Positions 25,404 to 37,794 of a stretch of 54,265 nucleotides of DNA are shown in pieces (position 1 is the first letter of the stretch; every line of letters begins with the position of its first letter). This DNA is from Proteromonas lacertae. Taxonomy: Eukaryota. The stretch lies in contig NGBS01001198.1 of NCBI GenBank assembly GCA_002245135.1, positions 1 through 54,265 on the forward strand. The letters are read 5' to 3'. Made by a program: the position numbers and the translations under genes. A model generated the notes under the pieces. It ran no database searches and was not told the DNA's origin. It was given only the letters and a program-made list of their open reading frames with translations.

Positions 25404-25970
25404 TTACATCATATTTTGAACTTTATGAGAATGAACCTGATAATGTCTTCGTAACTCTGCCAATGTCACATATCCCTTATTACAGCCTGGAAATAAACAA
25501 TGAAACGGCTTCTCTGAAGAATGAACTCGTAATATATGAATTCTCAAATCTGTTTGTCTTACAAATGCTCTTTCACAATTTGGATAATTACAAATATGTT
25601 TCTTTTCCATTTCATGATGACTTTTTATATGTAATTTCAATCCAGCTGAAGTATCGTATTTTTTACCACATTCAGCATGTGGACATACATATTGCTAAAT
25701 ATATATTAATAATATATATATACAAGTGGTGATCTAGTATGAATAACATGATGTTGTCGTAAATGTTGTCGATCATAGAAAGCTCTACCACAGTTTTGAT
25801 AGTCACATACATACGTCCTTTGTCTGCTTGTATTATGAGTTCTGGAATGTACTCTCATGTTACTTTTCCATACAAAATATCTATTTATTAAATATATTAT
25901 TATTATTATACTTGTTACATCCTGGAAATGGGCATTTATATTTCTTTGTACCTATTTCAAATCTACCTAC

Positions 25971-26008
<38 letters not shown>

Positions 26009-26095
26009 GAGGTGGTGGTGGTGGTGGTGATAGTGGTTGAAGTGCTTGTAGTGATTGATGATGATGAAGGATTTTTTCATCATTCATTTCATTCA

Positions 26096-26128
<33 letters not shown>

Positions 26129-27373
26129 GAAGCTGAATATCTTGTTGTTGTTGCTGCTGCTGTAATCCATTAATATTTGATAAATGCTGTGGAATTGTTG
26201 GTTGTTGTTGTTGTTGAATAGATTGTTGCATTGACATATTTGATGATTGTTGTTGTTGTTGTTGTAGTGATGGTGGTGATTGTAATGCAAGAGGTAATTG
26301 TTGTGGTTGTAGTGCAGGAGGTAATTGTTGTTGTTGTTGTTGTTGTTGCTGCTGCTGCTGCTGCTGTATTAAATTATTATTATTTAAATATCTTTCATCA
26401 ACCATCATGTCTTTATATATTTGTTGTTGTTGTTGTTGTTGTTGTTGTTGAAGTATTTGTTGTTGGATTTGCATGTGTTGATTGTGATTTGGAGGTGGAA
26501 TCTGTTGTTGCTGTTGCTGCTGTTGTTGGTGTTGTTGTTGTTGTTGAAACTATATATATTATAAATAAAAATAATCATTTATACTTGATCTCCCTGTAAT
26601 GTCAATATATTTATTATAGTTTGAATTATTTCACAAGTATTTTTTACATCACCTCCATTACTAGTTAATAATATATGACCTAATCCTTCATAATCTTTTT
26701 GAATCATCACTTGTTGTAAATATTTATTAATTCCACGGTTATTATTATTGTTATTTGAATAGTTGAAATTATTAATATTGATATTGGAATTATTGGTATT
26801 TAATCCAGATAATGAGGCATCATCGAAATATAGCATATTTCTTTCCCATCTTTTTCGTTTCTTTTTGAATTCATCATCTTCCTTAGTAAATCGGTCTTTA
26901 TCTTCTAATGCCTAGTAATTTAGATTAAACATTGAAAATACTTTTGCAACGTAAGGAGCTTTTTCATTTTCATTCATATTGCGCCATTGGTTCGCTATTG
27001 TGCTAAAAATTTCTGGCTGGGAAGCATTAGAACCAAGTTGTCTTCTTACTTCAGCATATACTTCATGACTATAACAAACATATGCACTTTTTGCTCTTTT
27101 GGGAGGACGTAATCGGCTTAAATATGCACTTTTCTTTTCTTTCTGATTCTTTGAAGCATTTTCTTCATTCTCATCTTCCACTTCCTAATTTTGTTAAATA
27201 TAATTCTATTATCTATACCAAAGAAGTATCTTCAACTAAATATTGATTATCTACTTGCTGAACATTATTTTGTGGTTGAGGTACTTGTATTTGTTGATAT
27301 TGGGCTAAACCGTTCATATTATTTGTGACTAGTTAATCGTATACATATATTATACACATATCTTCATGTCCAT
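25404..27373 (-). CDS. Transcription factor: HMG-box, polyQ tracts and C-terminal C2H2 zinc-finger array, spliced
   Basis: PPKRAKSAYVCY...WRNMNENEKAPY (HMG box), CAA-rich polyQ, and about six CxxxxC..H...H fingers (e.g. CNYPNCERAFVRQTDLRIHILRVH). Start approximate. Confidence 0.75.
25971..26546. repeat. Coding (CAA/TTG)n trinucleotide tracts (polyQ)
   Basis: Several TGT/TTG runs on the plus strand within the minus-strand polyQ exons. Confidence 0.85.
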
Positions 27374-27479
27374 TGATTAAATTCATTCTTTAAAAAATCA
27401 CTAAATTCTGGGGAAATGAAAATGAATGAAAAAATGATTCGAGTCAAGTCAAAATTCTTTTAAAGAAAACTCTTTACAT

Positions 27480-29098
27480 ATGAATTCAATCAACAGCTTT
27501 AATTTATTAAACAGTTTTGGATATTCCGTATTTATATAATAATATACTATGCTAGGTGAAAAAAGTTCTGTCGAGAAAAGATAACTGTGAATGTTATGAA
27601 GTTAAAGAAGAAAAGATCAAAATGATAAGGGCAATTAAGATATATGAAGAGAACAAAATATCTGAAGAGAATAAAGATAGATATAAACATTGTTTGGAAG
27701 TATTAAAACAATTAGCTGTGTATAATATGTGTGGGACAGAAGAAATAAAAGAAGAAAGTGAGTACATCATGATTATAATGAAAAAATATTCAAATTCGTT
27801 AGAGAATATAAATCCCACAGAATATTTTGAGGATATTGGAATAGAACACCTATTGAAAAGTGTGTGTGAGTGTATCCATCTCTTTCACTATAATGGATTG
27901 GTTCATGGGAATTTAAAGCCTTCAAATATATTTGTAGATGAAGATGGTAATTTCAAATTCACTGATTATTTCTGTAGCTATTTAAGAAAAAGTTCTAAAA
28001 AAGATATTAATGAAATATGTTATTCAAGTCCAGAAATATTGAAGAATGAAGAAATTAATGATAAGAGTGATATATGGGCAATTGGTTGTTTAATATACTA
28101 TTTAAAAAGTGGAAGAAGAATGTTTGAAGGAGAATCTGTGAATGATGTAATGATAAAGGTATTGAAAAGTGAATATGTAGCATTAGATTGCGAATTTAGC
28201 GAATTATTGAATCTGTTAATAGATAAGTTAATGAAGGTAAATCCAAATGAAAGAATATCTATAAGTGAATTAGAAGTAGAAATTGATAGTATATATGAGT
28301 ATTATATTATTGTGTAATTAGAAATTCAATCAGAAGAGTGTTTACCAGTGATAGAATTTAGTAAAATATACAAAGAAAAGAAAGAAAAAGGTAATGATTT
28401 ATATAAAGTAAAAGAATATTCTAAAGCTATAGAAATATATTCTAATGCTTTAGAATATGTTTCAAACATTAAAGAAGAATTTGAGATAAAGTCTTATATT
28501 GGAAAATGTAAATATATGCTTGTATAATATAAATCAATATATAAATTAGGAAGATAATGATGAATCATTAAAAATATTTACAGCTTTACGTCAATCAGAA
28601 ATTTTTCTTTCTCTTAATGATAGTATTAAATGCGTCATTTGCAGATTTAAAGGTAAATGTGAATATAAGAACGTATATTGTATGTGATATATTTATTTTA
28701 ATAGAATAACTATGAGATGTCGTTAGAATCATATAAAGAAAGTGATAAATATAGGTTAAGAGAAAATGATAGTATAAAGTGTGATATTCTCCTTTATATT
28801 GGAAAAAACAATTATAAACTGAAAAGATACAATGAATCATTAGCTGTCTTAATAGATTCATTGAAATATAAATCAGTAGAAGATAATATGAAATGCGATG
28901 TTTATAGATTTATTGGATCATCATATTATTATATTGTATGAAATAGTATTTGCTGATATAACATAATAGGGAAAATATGATAAATCATTAGAAGCTTTGA
29001 AACTTGCATTACAGTTTTTATCAGAAGAAAATGAGGTAATAGAACGTGATATACAAAGATTTATAGACTTGTGTCACAAAAAGTTGGAAGATATTTAA
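27480..29098 (+). CDS. Protein (pseudo)kinase domain fused to C-terminal TPR repeats, spliced
   Basis: RAIK, HGNLKPSN, TDYF, YSSPE and SDIWAIGC, followed by TPR-like exons (KEKGNDLYKVKEYSKAIEIYSNAL). Confidence 0.75.
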
Positions 29099-29282
29099 TT
29101 TGATCAATTTCTTGTCATTTTCATTATTACTTACATTGTCTTTGTTATAATTCTTGTTTATTTCTTGAATAATTTTTAAAGTAAATTTAACACACAGTTA
29201 TTTTCAACACAGTTTATCAGTATATTTATAAATATTATTCAAACAAATATATTTCATGATTAAATTGAGTAAATTAAATAAA

Positions 29283-30357
29283 CTATACTTTATCTTCCTC
29301 CAAATAACATCCAGGTTGAATCACACATCTATTTCCAAAACTGTCTAAGTATTCAAATTCACCAGATTTACTATTTAAATCATCTATAGTCTCACCATGA
29401 AACGCTATTTCATCTCTTTTTTTATTACAATGAATTTGATCAATAACTCTCATTTCAACTTGTCCTCTTCTGGTATTCACTTTATAAATCGTATTTGGCT
29501 GAGTGTATGCTAAACTACTCATGGTTTTCTTCATACCTTCTACTGATTCAACTGTTAATTCAACAACTTTATTATTATTCTCATCATAACTTGATGTGTT
29601 ATTGCTATTAATAATATTTAACTGTAATTTATCTTCATCATATATATGAGGCATTAAATCATCAAATTTGAAAGAATTTGGATCATTCTTTGATTTTATC
29701 ATATATGATGATTCTGATGTTTTTAAATTATTAGTTTCATCACTATAATTCACTGGTGAAAAAGGAGGTTGTAAAGACATTGGGATTTTTGGAATTTCTA
29801 CTTGATAATCTTCATTTATACAGTTTCTACGTGCTGATAGTATAATAAATGGAGGAGATTGTATAGATGCAACACATATGTAATTATCTATTTCATTTGA
29901 TTCAATTAATAAATAAACACAAAACATAAACTGTTTTGGTGATTTTGTCAAAGGCATATTCATAACCCATGATCGATGCATTGAATTCAGTTCATAGGTT
30001 CTGAAAGGATCAACTTCTTCACCAAGATATAAAGGACATTGACAATTACTATTAAAATTGTTTAACATACTATGAGATATAATATCATTAACATGACAAA
30101 ATAATATATCCTCATCTAATGGACAGAAATTACCACACACTAATATTTTTCTAGAATTTGGACAAATTGTGTTAATTCTTATAGATCTTCCACAAAATTC
30201 GTTTGGCTAGAATGTTATGAATATAATATACTCTATGTCCAATAATCGAATGATCAGGAAAGCACAAAATGTGTTTGGAATCCTTCCCTTTGTTATTTCT
30301 TCTATATGCATTTTTCCATTTTGTATCAGAATTAAATTCAATGTAGTAACTCATCAT
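29283..30357 (-). CDS. Hypothetical protein, spliced
   Basis: ORFs 30172-30357 and 29283-30140, probably joined by short introns. Cys/His-containing N-terminus and an SPPFIILSARR motif. Confidence 0.5.
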
Positions 30358-31782
30358 AATAAGAATAAATTAAAAATCATGTAACGAATATATTTTTTAG
30401 ATTGTTTATAATTTTCGTTTTAGTGGAGTTTATACATCATAATTTAGCATATAGTTTATTTTTTTAATAATAACAATGTCTATACATCAATGTTAAGCAT
30501 AGTTAAAGCAGTTTTAGATAATTACTGTGAAAATTCGACAAATTGGGTTATTATATTGTATAAATCTGTTTTAATTTCATGAATGAAAGAATAAAATGAT
30601 GCTTTAAACATAGAATTAGTATATTTTTTAAATTACTAGATTAACTTGCCATAAGTTAATCTAAGTATATTATATTTGATTATACACTTTATATATCATA
30701 ATACTTAAACAATGCAATATTTTCTTTTGTATATACTATTTTATTCTGTTTGATATTTTTATTTTTGATTTGTCAACTTAATATACTTACATTTTATCTT
30801 CCAGAGAAAAAGAGCAACTATATATATTGCTATATTTTTATGTTTATGCAATGTAACATTATTTTAAATACTTATTTATTATTCTATAATATAATTTATT
30901 TTAAAAATAAATACTCACTTAATTATATTTTATTTTATTTTTCATTTATCTCTTAAAATATTATTTCATATCTGTAATTATCAATAAATCTATCATAAAA
31001 TAATAAGTAATCAACGTTTTTATAGTATAATAACAATATGGAATTAAAAAACAACAGAAAAAAACAACAATAATTTAAAAACTTCATTTCTAATTATTAA
31101 TCTCATTTTTCTATTTTTATTCATTTATTCTTTAATATAATCTTAACTCATTACTATTTTAACATTATTTAATCACCATTTTTTCATTTTTTCTTTTTCA
31201 ACTAACTAAAAATATATTTTTAAGTGATTATATCATACTTTTCATTATCTATTATTCTCCTTCTCTTTTACTCATTTTGAACCATTCATTGGCTGAAGTA
31301 ACATATTTCATCCAATTTTAGCATAATGTTTCGTCTAATGCTATTATATAAACTATATAGCATAAAAACAACAATTAACATTGATAAATTGTATTAGTCT
31401 ATGACCATCATTGCATCAACATAATTTGACCTTAACAGTAACACTTAATTCAATATCTAATACCATTTTGTTAAGAAGATTAAACAACATCTGTATTATC
31501 CTTAGAACCTGCGTAATCTTTCAGCTATTATAATAAAATTATCATATTATTCCATTTGATCATCTTTATGTAAGTTACAACCACTTCATTCTCATCAAAA
31601 CGTTCTATTCTTACTTTAAGATAACTCTTTTGGTATCTATTAGTTTAGAATAATCAATATATACAAAATATCCTCATTTTCTTCTTACAACTACACTCAT
31701 TAATGCAAAAAACAAAGAAAAGATTTTGAAATGTTCAAGCCAAGTTTTTTCATTTTAAACTGTTATTTTGAATTTTGGAGCA

Positions 31783-34389
31783 ATGAGTGATCCTATGGGT
31801 GGTAATAGAAGTTTAATAGCATCTATTCGAGCAGGTGCTAGAGCTACATTGAAGAATCCATCAAGACCATTTACTCCTGCTAATAGTCGTATAATAATGC
31901 CTAATAAAGTGATATAGAAAGAGAATTATTTGATGGAACAGGTTATAGACCTGAAAATCGACCTAATACTAGTCTTATGTATTTTACATATAATTTTATT
32001 AATGTAGGGATCCTGATGCTGGATTATCCGATTCTAGAATATGGACTGCAAGTATAATAATATTATATATAAATATATAATGTTTTTGAATAGATTCTAC
32101 AAATAGCACAGATGGAGACATAGACAATGAATATACTAAAATGTTAAGTGATTTTAATGATCTATCAGATAATATAATCAAATTATTTCCAGAGAAAAAA
32201 ACTCTTTCAACTGAAGAATTGAGTAATCATCTTGATGAAGGTTTTAAATACACAACTAAAATGATGAAGTATTTAGGCATAAATGTAGTTGTTACAAAAT
32301 TTAACAAATTTCGAGAAAAAGTATATTTCTAATTATTAATTTCATGTAATTAGATTGGAAGTATATTAATGAAATATATAAAATCTACTTCTTCCTCCAT
32401 TACAACAGATATGATATTTAAAATATGTAAAATAATGTTTTTACTCTTTTCAAATTCAGATCCAACCAAAAATGCTAATTTAAGAGGATTATTGTTCTAT
32501 TCACGTACATTATTTAATTTATCAACAAAAAAAGACAATGATACAAAATTTATTGAATATAATCTGATTGAACCGATTGTACAATTAACTAGAAATTCAA
32601 CGGAAACTATATCAGGGGTAGAAGCGAAAAATAAATATTTTATTGAAATTGATCCGTTAATTTATATATCAGGAATTCAAAAGAATATTAGCAATAATAA
32701 AGAAATATCATCAATTTTGATCCATAAAGGAATACTTCGTAATTACAGTAAAATAATTGAAATTGGAAGAGTTATGTATGAAAATATACTTTTAGAAGAA
32801 AATAACGGTAATAATAATGAGAAAAAGAAAGTGAAAGAAAAGAAGGAGGAGAAGGAGAAGGTAAGAAAGAAATTGATTATAAGAAGAGATTGCCACAATT
32901 GCTAGTTCAAGTATATATATTATCTTTCTCTTTCTCTTTCTCTTTCTCTTTCTCTTTCTCTTTCTCTTTCTCTTTCTCTTTCTCTTTCTCTTTCTCTTTC
33001 TCTTTCTCTTTCTCTTTCTCTTTCTCTTTCTCTTTCTCTTTCTCTTTCTCTTTCTCTTTCTCTTTTCTCTTTCTCTTTCTCTTTCTCTTTCTCTTTATAT
33101 TCTTTTTTCTCTTTCTTTTTTTTAAATTCTGATTTTTTATTTTAACTATTTTTTTAAAATAGATTTCTGCAACAATTCGAAACATAATGAATTTCAATGA
33201 TATAAACAATGTAATATTTGATTTGGATATTATTCCTACCTTCTTAAATATCAATCACAAGTGTTACTTTGACCATGTTGAATTACTATACAATGTAGTG
33301 AGAATAATATCACGAACATCATTGTTAGAAAAATGTAGAAGTTATTTTGTCAATAATCATGAATATATTCGATTCTTATTAAGAATATATGATTTATTTG
33401 GTACAGATCCAAAGCAATATCAAATGATTATTAGAATATCATTTATACTAGCAAATATCACCACTTCTAATGTGAATAATCGAATAGTAATTGGTAAACA
33501 ATATGGAGGAGCTAGAACACTTTGTGATTTATTAATCAAATATGTTGAAGTATTTAAAACGAATTATAGTGATAATGAAGTCAATGATTTATTAGTTAAA
33601 GTCATTAGATTAATTGCAAATTTATCCGTTTCACCAGAAGTTAGTCCTATCATAGTGAGACATGAATCGTTATTGTTACTTCCCATCATTATCACTCAAA
33701 CTCCCAATGAAGAATTGTTATTAAATTGCTTATCTTTATATACAAACACTACATATTGTTGTTGTTCTTATAAAACAGATTCTAGTAGACTTGAAACACC
33801 AATAATTGAGACAATTATCTATGAAGATAGGATAAATATCTGTAAAACAGTAATTCCTTATTTAGTAAATGAAAATGAAGAAATCATATGTGAATCCTGC
33901 AGAACAATCAGTAATCTGAGTTTATTAAGTGATGTGTGTAATTATTTAATGGAAAGAGATATAATCAATATTTTAAATGTTTTACTAAGTCATACAATGA
34001 GATTGATCGTTTTTACATCAATGGGAATAATCATTAACTTGTTCAGTAAACCTGAATTGAAATCATCTGTTGCAGATAAACATTATGAGGTTTTGGACAG
34101 TTTAATCACTATAATGAGTACTGGTTTTGAAGATATTGATATGTCAAGCATGGCTTGTAAAGCTTTAACTAATTACTTAGGAATTACAGAAGGTACAGAA
34201 TTAACACCTAATTTATTGATGACTCCTGCACAGTTGGAGAATACAAGGATGGTGAGTGATAGAATATTGACCGAAGATGCGAATAATATTGCTTTACCTG
34301 ATAATGATGTTGATAGAGAGACATTGAATAGTTATATGAAGTTGATGGAGTGTTTATCTGATATTTTATGTTCTGTACAATTATATTAA
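31783..34389 (+). CDS. ARMC2: Armadillo repeat-containing protein 2 homologue, multi-exon
   Basis: N-terminal ARATLKNPSRPFTP...RELF motif, LLVQ|ISATIRN across intron 32911-33162, and ARM repeats (RISFILANITT, LVKVIRLIANLS, ESCRTISNLS). Confidence 0.75.
32923..33096. repeat. (TCTCTT)n hexamer microsatellite inside ARMC2 intron 32911-33162
   Basis: Directly visible tandem repeat of ~170 bp. Confidence 0.95.
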
Positions 34390-34506
34390 TAAATAATTAA
34401 TTATTCTACATGTGTTTTGTCAATGGTAGATTGTTTAGTTTATTCAGAAAAAGAAAATAAGATATATCACTCGGTTTGTATATGATAAAATTTTTAAATT
34501 ATTCAG

Positions 34507-34578
34507 TCCGCTATAGTATAGTGGTTAGTATCCCCGCCTGTCACGCGGGAGGCCCGAGTTCAATTCTCGGTGGCGGAG
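34507..34578 (+). tRNA. tRNA-Asp (GTC)
   Basis: Acceptor stem TCCGCTA/TGGCGGA, D-loop AGTGGTTAG, anticodon arm CCCGC-CTGTCAC-GCGGG, T-arm CCGAG-TTCAATT-CTCGG, followed by a poly-T Pol III terminator. Confidence 0.97.
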
Positions 34579-34654
34579 ATTTTTTTTTCTTATTTTCTTT
34601 TTTTTTTATCAAATAATACAGATATATTAAAATGAAAAGGGAATAATTAATCAC

Positions 34655-37508
34655 TTACCTAAATGGTTGAAATTCCCATATTTCTTGATAATACCATTGA
34701 ACCCATCCATCAATTTCATAAGTGTCATTCATTTTGTTGTAAATAGTATAATATTTAGAATCTGCATCGATTGGTTTGGGGTTAAGAAACTGTCTTAATT
34801 TAAATTTCCTATAAGAAGAAGTATATTCTCTTAAAAACGCATAACATTCACCAATTACTTCAACAATATAATCATTCGTAGGTATAAATTCAGAGAATAG
34901 GAAACTTTGAGTGGTACAAGTATCAAATCGATAATTATTTTTCAAAGTAGTTACAAAATTCATAGATTCAGTTTTGTTTGGTGTAAATGCTCTAATCATT
35001 GCTAATGAGAAGAATGGAATAATTTCTTCGCCTAAGGATGTGTCATTGAATATAATATATCTGTTAATATGTAAATCATTGTTGTAATATTGGATTAATG
35101 TTTTGTTATTGATTAATTCTTTGATTTTTGAGTAGTATTGATTTACATCATTCACAATTCTATAATTTATTAAAATAAATATATAAATAAATATACAAAT
35201 CAGTATAACCCATCATTTCCATAGTTTGACTGTCAACACTATACACTTTATCATTTCTAAATACAATATTGGGTATTTGTAACAATGAACTGTAGCTATA
35301 ATACATTACATCATAATATCCATCAATTCCATCTAAATTCAAATGGACAAATGATAATATTGATAATAAATGAACTCTATTTTTGTACGGTATAAATCTA
35401 ATTCTTTTTTCCACTATATCTTTAGTGAAATAGGAAATAAATGAATGTTTAACTAACTCAAACTCTGTTCGATCTTCATTCATGGAGAGTAAAACAATAA
35501 CTTTAACATTTTGAAATTCATTTATTATTTTCTTGATTATTGATAAGAATTGTTCTTTATAGCCATGAGAATTCTATTTCATTAATAAAATTATAAAAAT
35601 AATATATATATATATATATATATACATATCCAAGAGATATAATAAAATCATTCTTATTAAAATGATAATTTTCTCTTTTTATTTTGGGTGTAGGTGGCCA
35701 AGGAACTGGATAATATAATCCCAAACTATCCGTTTCAACAATCTGAGCTTTACGATGATTGGCTTGAATGTTCTGAATAGTCTGGAAATTTCTATTGGCA
35801 GTTATTACATAATCAATAAAAGGTGATGTAATGTGAGGATAGTAATCTTCAAATAATAACTGAACATGTGCAACTCTATTGTGAATCATGCAATATTGAA
35901 TAAAACTGGAATATGGATTTTCATAGATAATAATATCAAGTTTTAATTGAGCTAATGTATCAACAATATCTTTAACTGAAGTAGCTGTAATTTTGAAAGT
36001 TTTTTGTTCAAAAAATGGTTCTTCAATCACTCTTTTCCCATTTATTAAAAATAAATTAATTCTTTCAACTTTTTCAAATGGTAAATTATCAGCAAAATAC
36101 TATTATATTTATAAATAAATAAATAAATAAATAAATAATAATACTTGAAAAGCTTCAGATTCAAATATTGAGTTTTCTTTAAAATCTTGATATAAAAATC
36201 CAACTCTCACTATTCTTTCATTTAATTCAATATTAGTAAATGTTTTAGTATGTTCATTCAGATTATTAGCTAGTGTAGGATTTAACATAATAAATTCACT
36301 TGTTTTATTAAATATATCAAAAAATTGAGGATCTTTATGATTTAATTTACCAAAGAAATCTAATGGACATAAATGTAATCCATTAATAATAATTGTTGAA
36401 TTAAGATAAGTATTTAATTGGCTAATAATTCTATTTTTGAAATATTCAACTGTTTTATCATCCAATAGAATTGAAGGGAAGTAATTCTCCAATTTTAATT
36501 TGAAACAAATATCCTCTGGTCGTTTTTCTATCATTGATATGATTATATTATCCCATTCATCCAAACCATATTTGATTATTATATTATCTAAAATAGGTGA
36601 AATGTATTTAAAGTTGTTATATTTTTCAACATATTCTACCAATAATTTTTCTATTGTTTTAATATCATTTTTACTATTGATTTTACTTAACAATAAATAA
36701 TAACTTACCACTTCTTTATCAACATTTGTTTCACTGTTTAATAGTTTTGTTGACATTTCTTCGATTTCTTTATATTGTAAAGTCTTATAATAAAGACTTA
36801 ATAATTCATTTATACAATATTCATTATTTGATAATGATATACAGTCTTTATAGTGTTTTTCTGCTTCTTTTCTTTCACCAATCTATTTAATTATAATATA
36901 TATAAAATACATTCTCATTGGTTATTGCTAATAATCTTAACTGATTAACAGTTTTTGATATTTCACTTGTCATCTTGAGTAGATTGATTGTCATATAAGG
37001 TGATATAATGTATAGTTCATTGTAAAATTTTTCAAAGGTTTTGATTAATACTTCTTTATCTTTGTCTGACAACTTCTCTTGAAAACATTTTGCAATGATT
37101 TGACCTTTTGCTGTATCAAATTTGAAATAATCTGGTCTAGTGCTATTTACTGCAAATTCATAAGTTTTGATGCTTTCACCTTTACCAAAACTAAATTCCT
37201 CAAAGAGTGTGGTTATAATGTCATTAATGCTAAATACATAAATCCTAATGCTTTTATACTACTCTCCAGATGGTTTGTATTTTTGTATTTTCTGTTTTAT
37301 CTTCCAACTAAAATGATCACAGTCTAAGTAAAAAATAATCCATCATTTGGTCATACGAACTTCCTTTGCAAAACATAAGTGGATTGAGAATGCCAAAGTA
37401 ATTGTCAATAGGAAAAGAAAATTCATTTTTAGTTTTTGAAATAATTACTTCTGACATGTCAGAATAGTAGATATTACCTATAGAAAGACTTTTATTGAAA
37501 TCAGACAT
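34655..37508 (-). CDS. TPR-like plus divergent GT41 (OGT/SPINDLY-like) protein, multi-exon; 5' end uncertain
   Basis: Helical repeats are followed by IVRVGFL, LKLDIIIYE...HNRVAHVQ...IDYVI and LSILSFVHLNLD, resembling degenerate GT41 motifs. Confidence 0.45.
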
Positions 37509-37794
37509 TTAGAGATGTTTTTTAAAAGCATATTATTATTTATGATGTGTGTACATTCTATTTTTTGTTTACAAACTCATAATTAGTCTAATATATGCAA
37601 ATACTTGCTGAATCTCATTTATACACACTATAATAGAAAATTGAGAATTGAATTTATTACTATTTGCGAATTGTCTGTGATATGAAGAAATAAAATAAAT
37701 GGACCCGTTTCAAAAGTCGTTTTGATCGTTATAAATTAATATTTTGTCTTAAATCTTGTATAGTTGATAATAGAAAATAAAAATATAAAAAAAT

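Noticed and set aside
25828..26599. Poly-Val, poly-Cys and poly-Asn ORFs
   Set aside because: These are alternative-frame or antisense shadows of the polyQ CAA repeats.
31255..31700. Small spliced minus-strand gene upstream of ARMC2
   Set aside because: Coding-like patches exist (e.g. WMKYVTSANEWFKMSKREGE*), but I could not build a consistent exon chain.
32890..33254. (SF)n and (KE)n ORFs
   Set aside because: These are translations of the intronic hexamer microsatellite.
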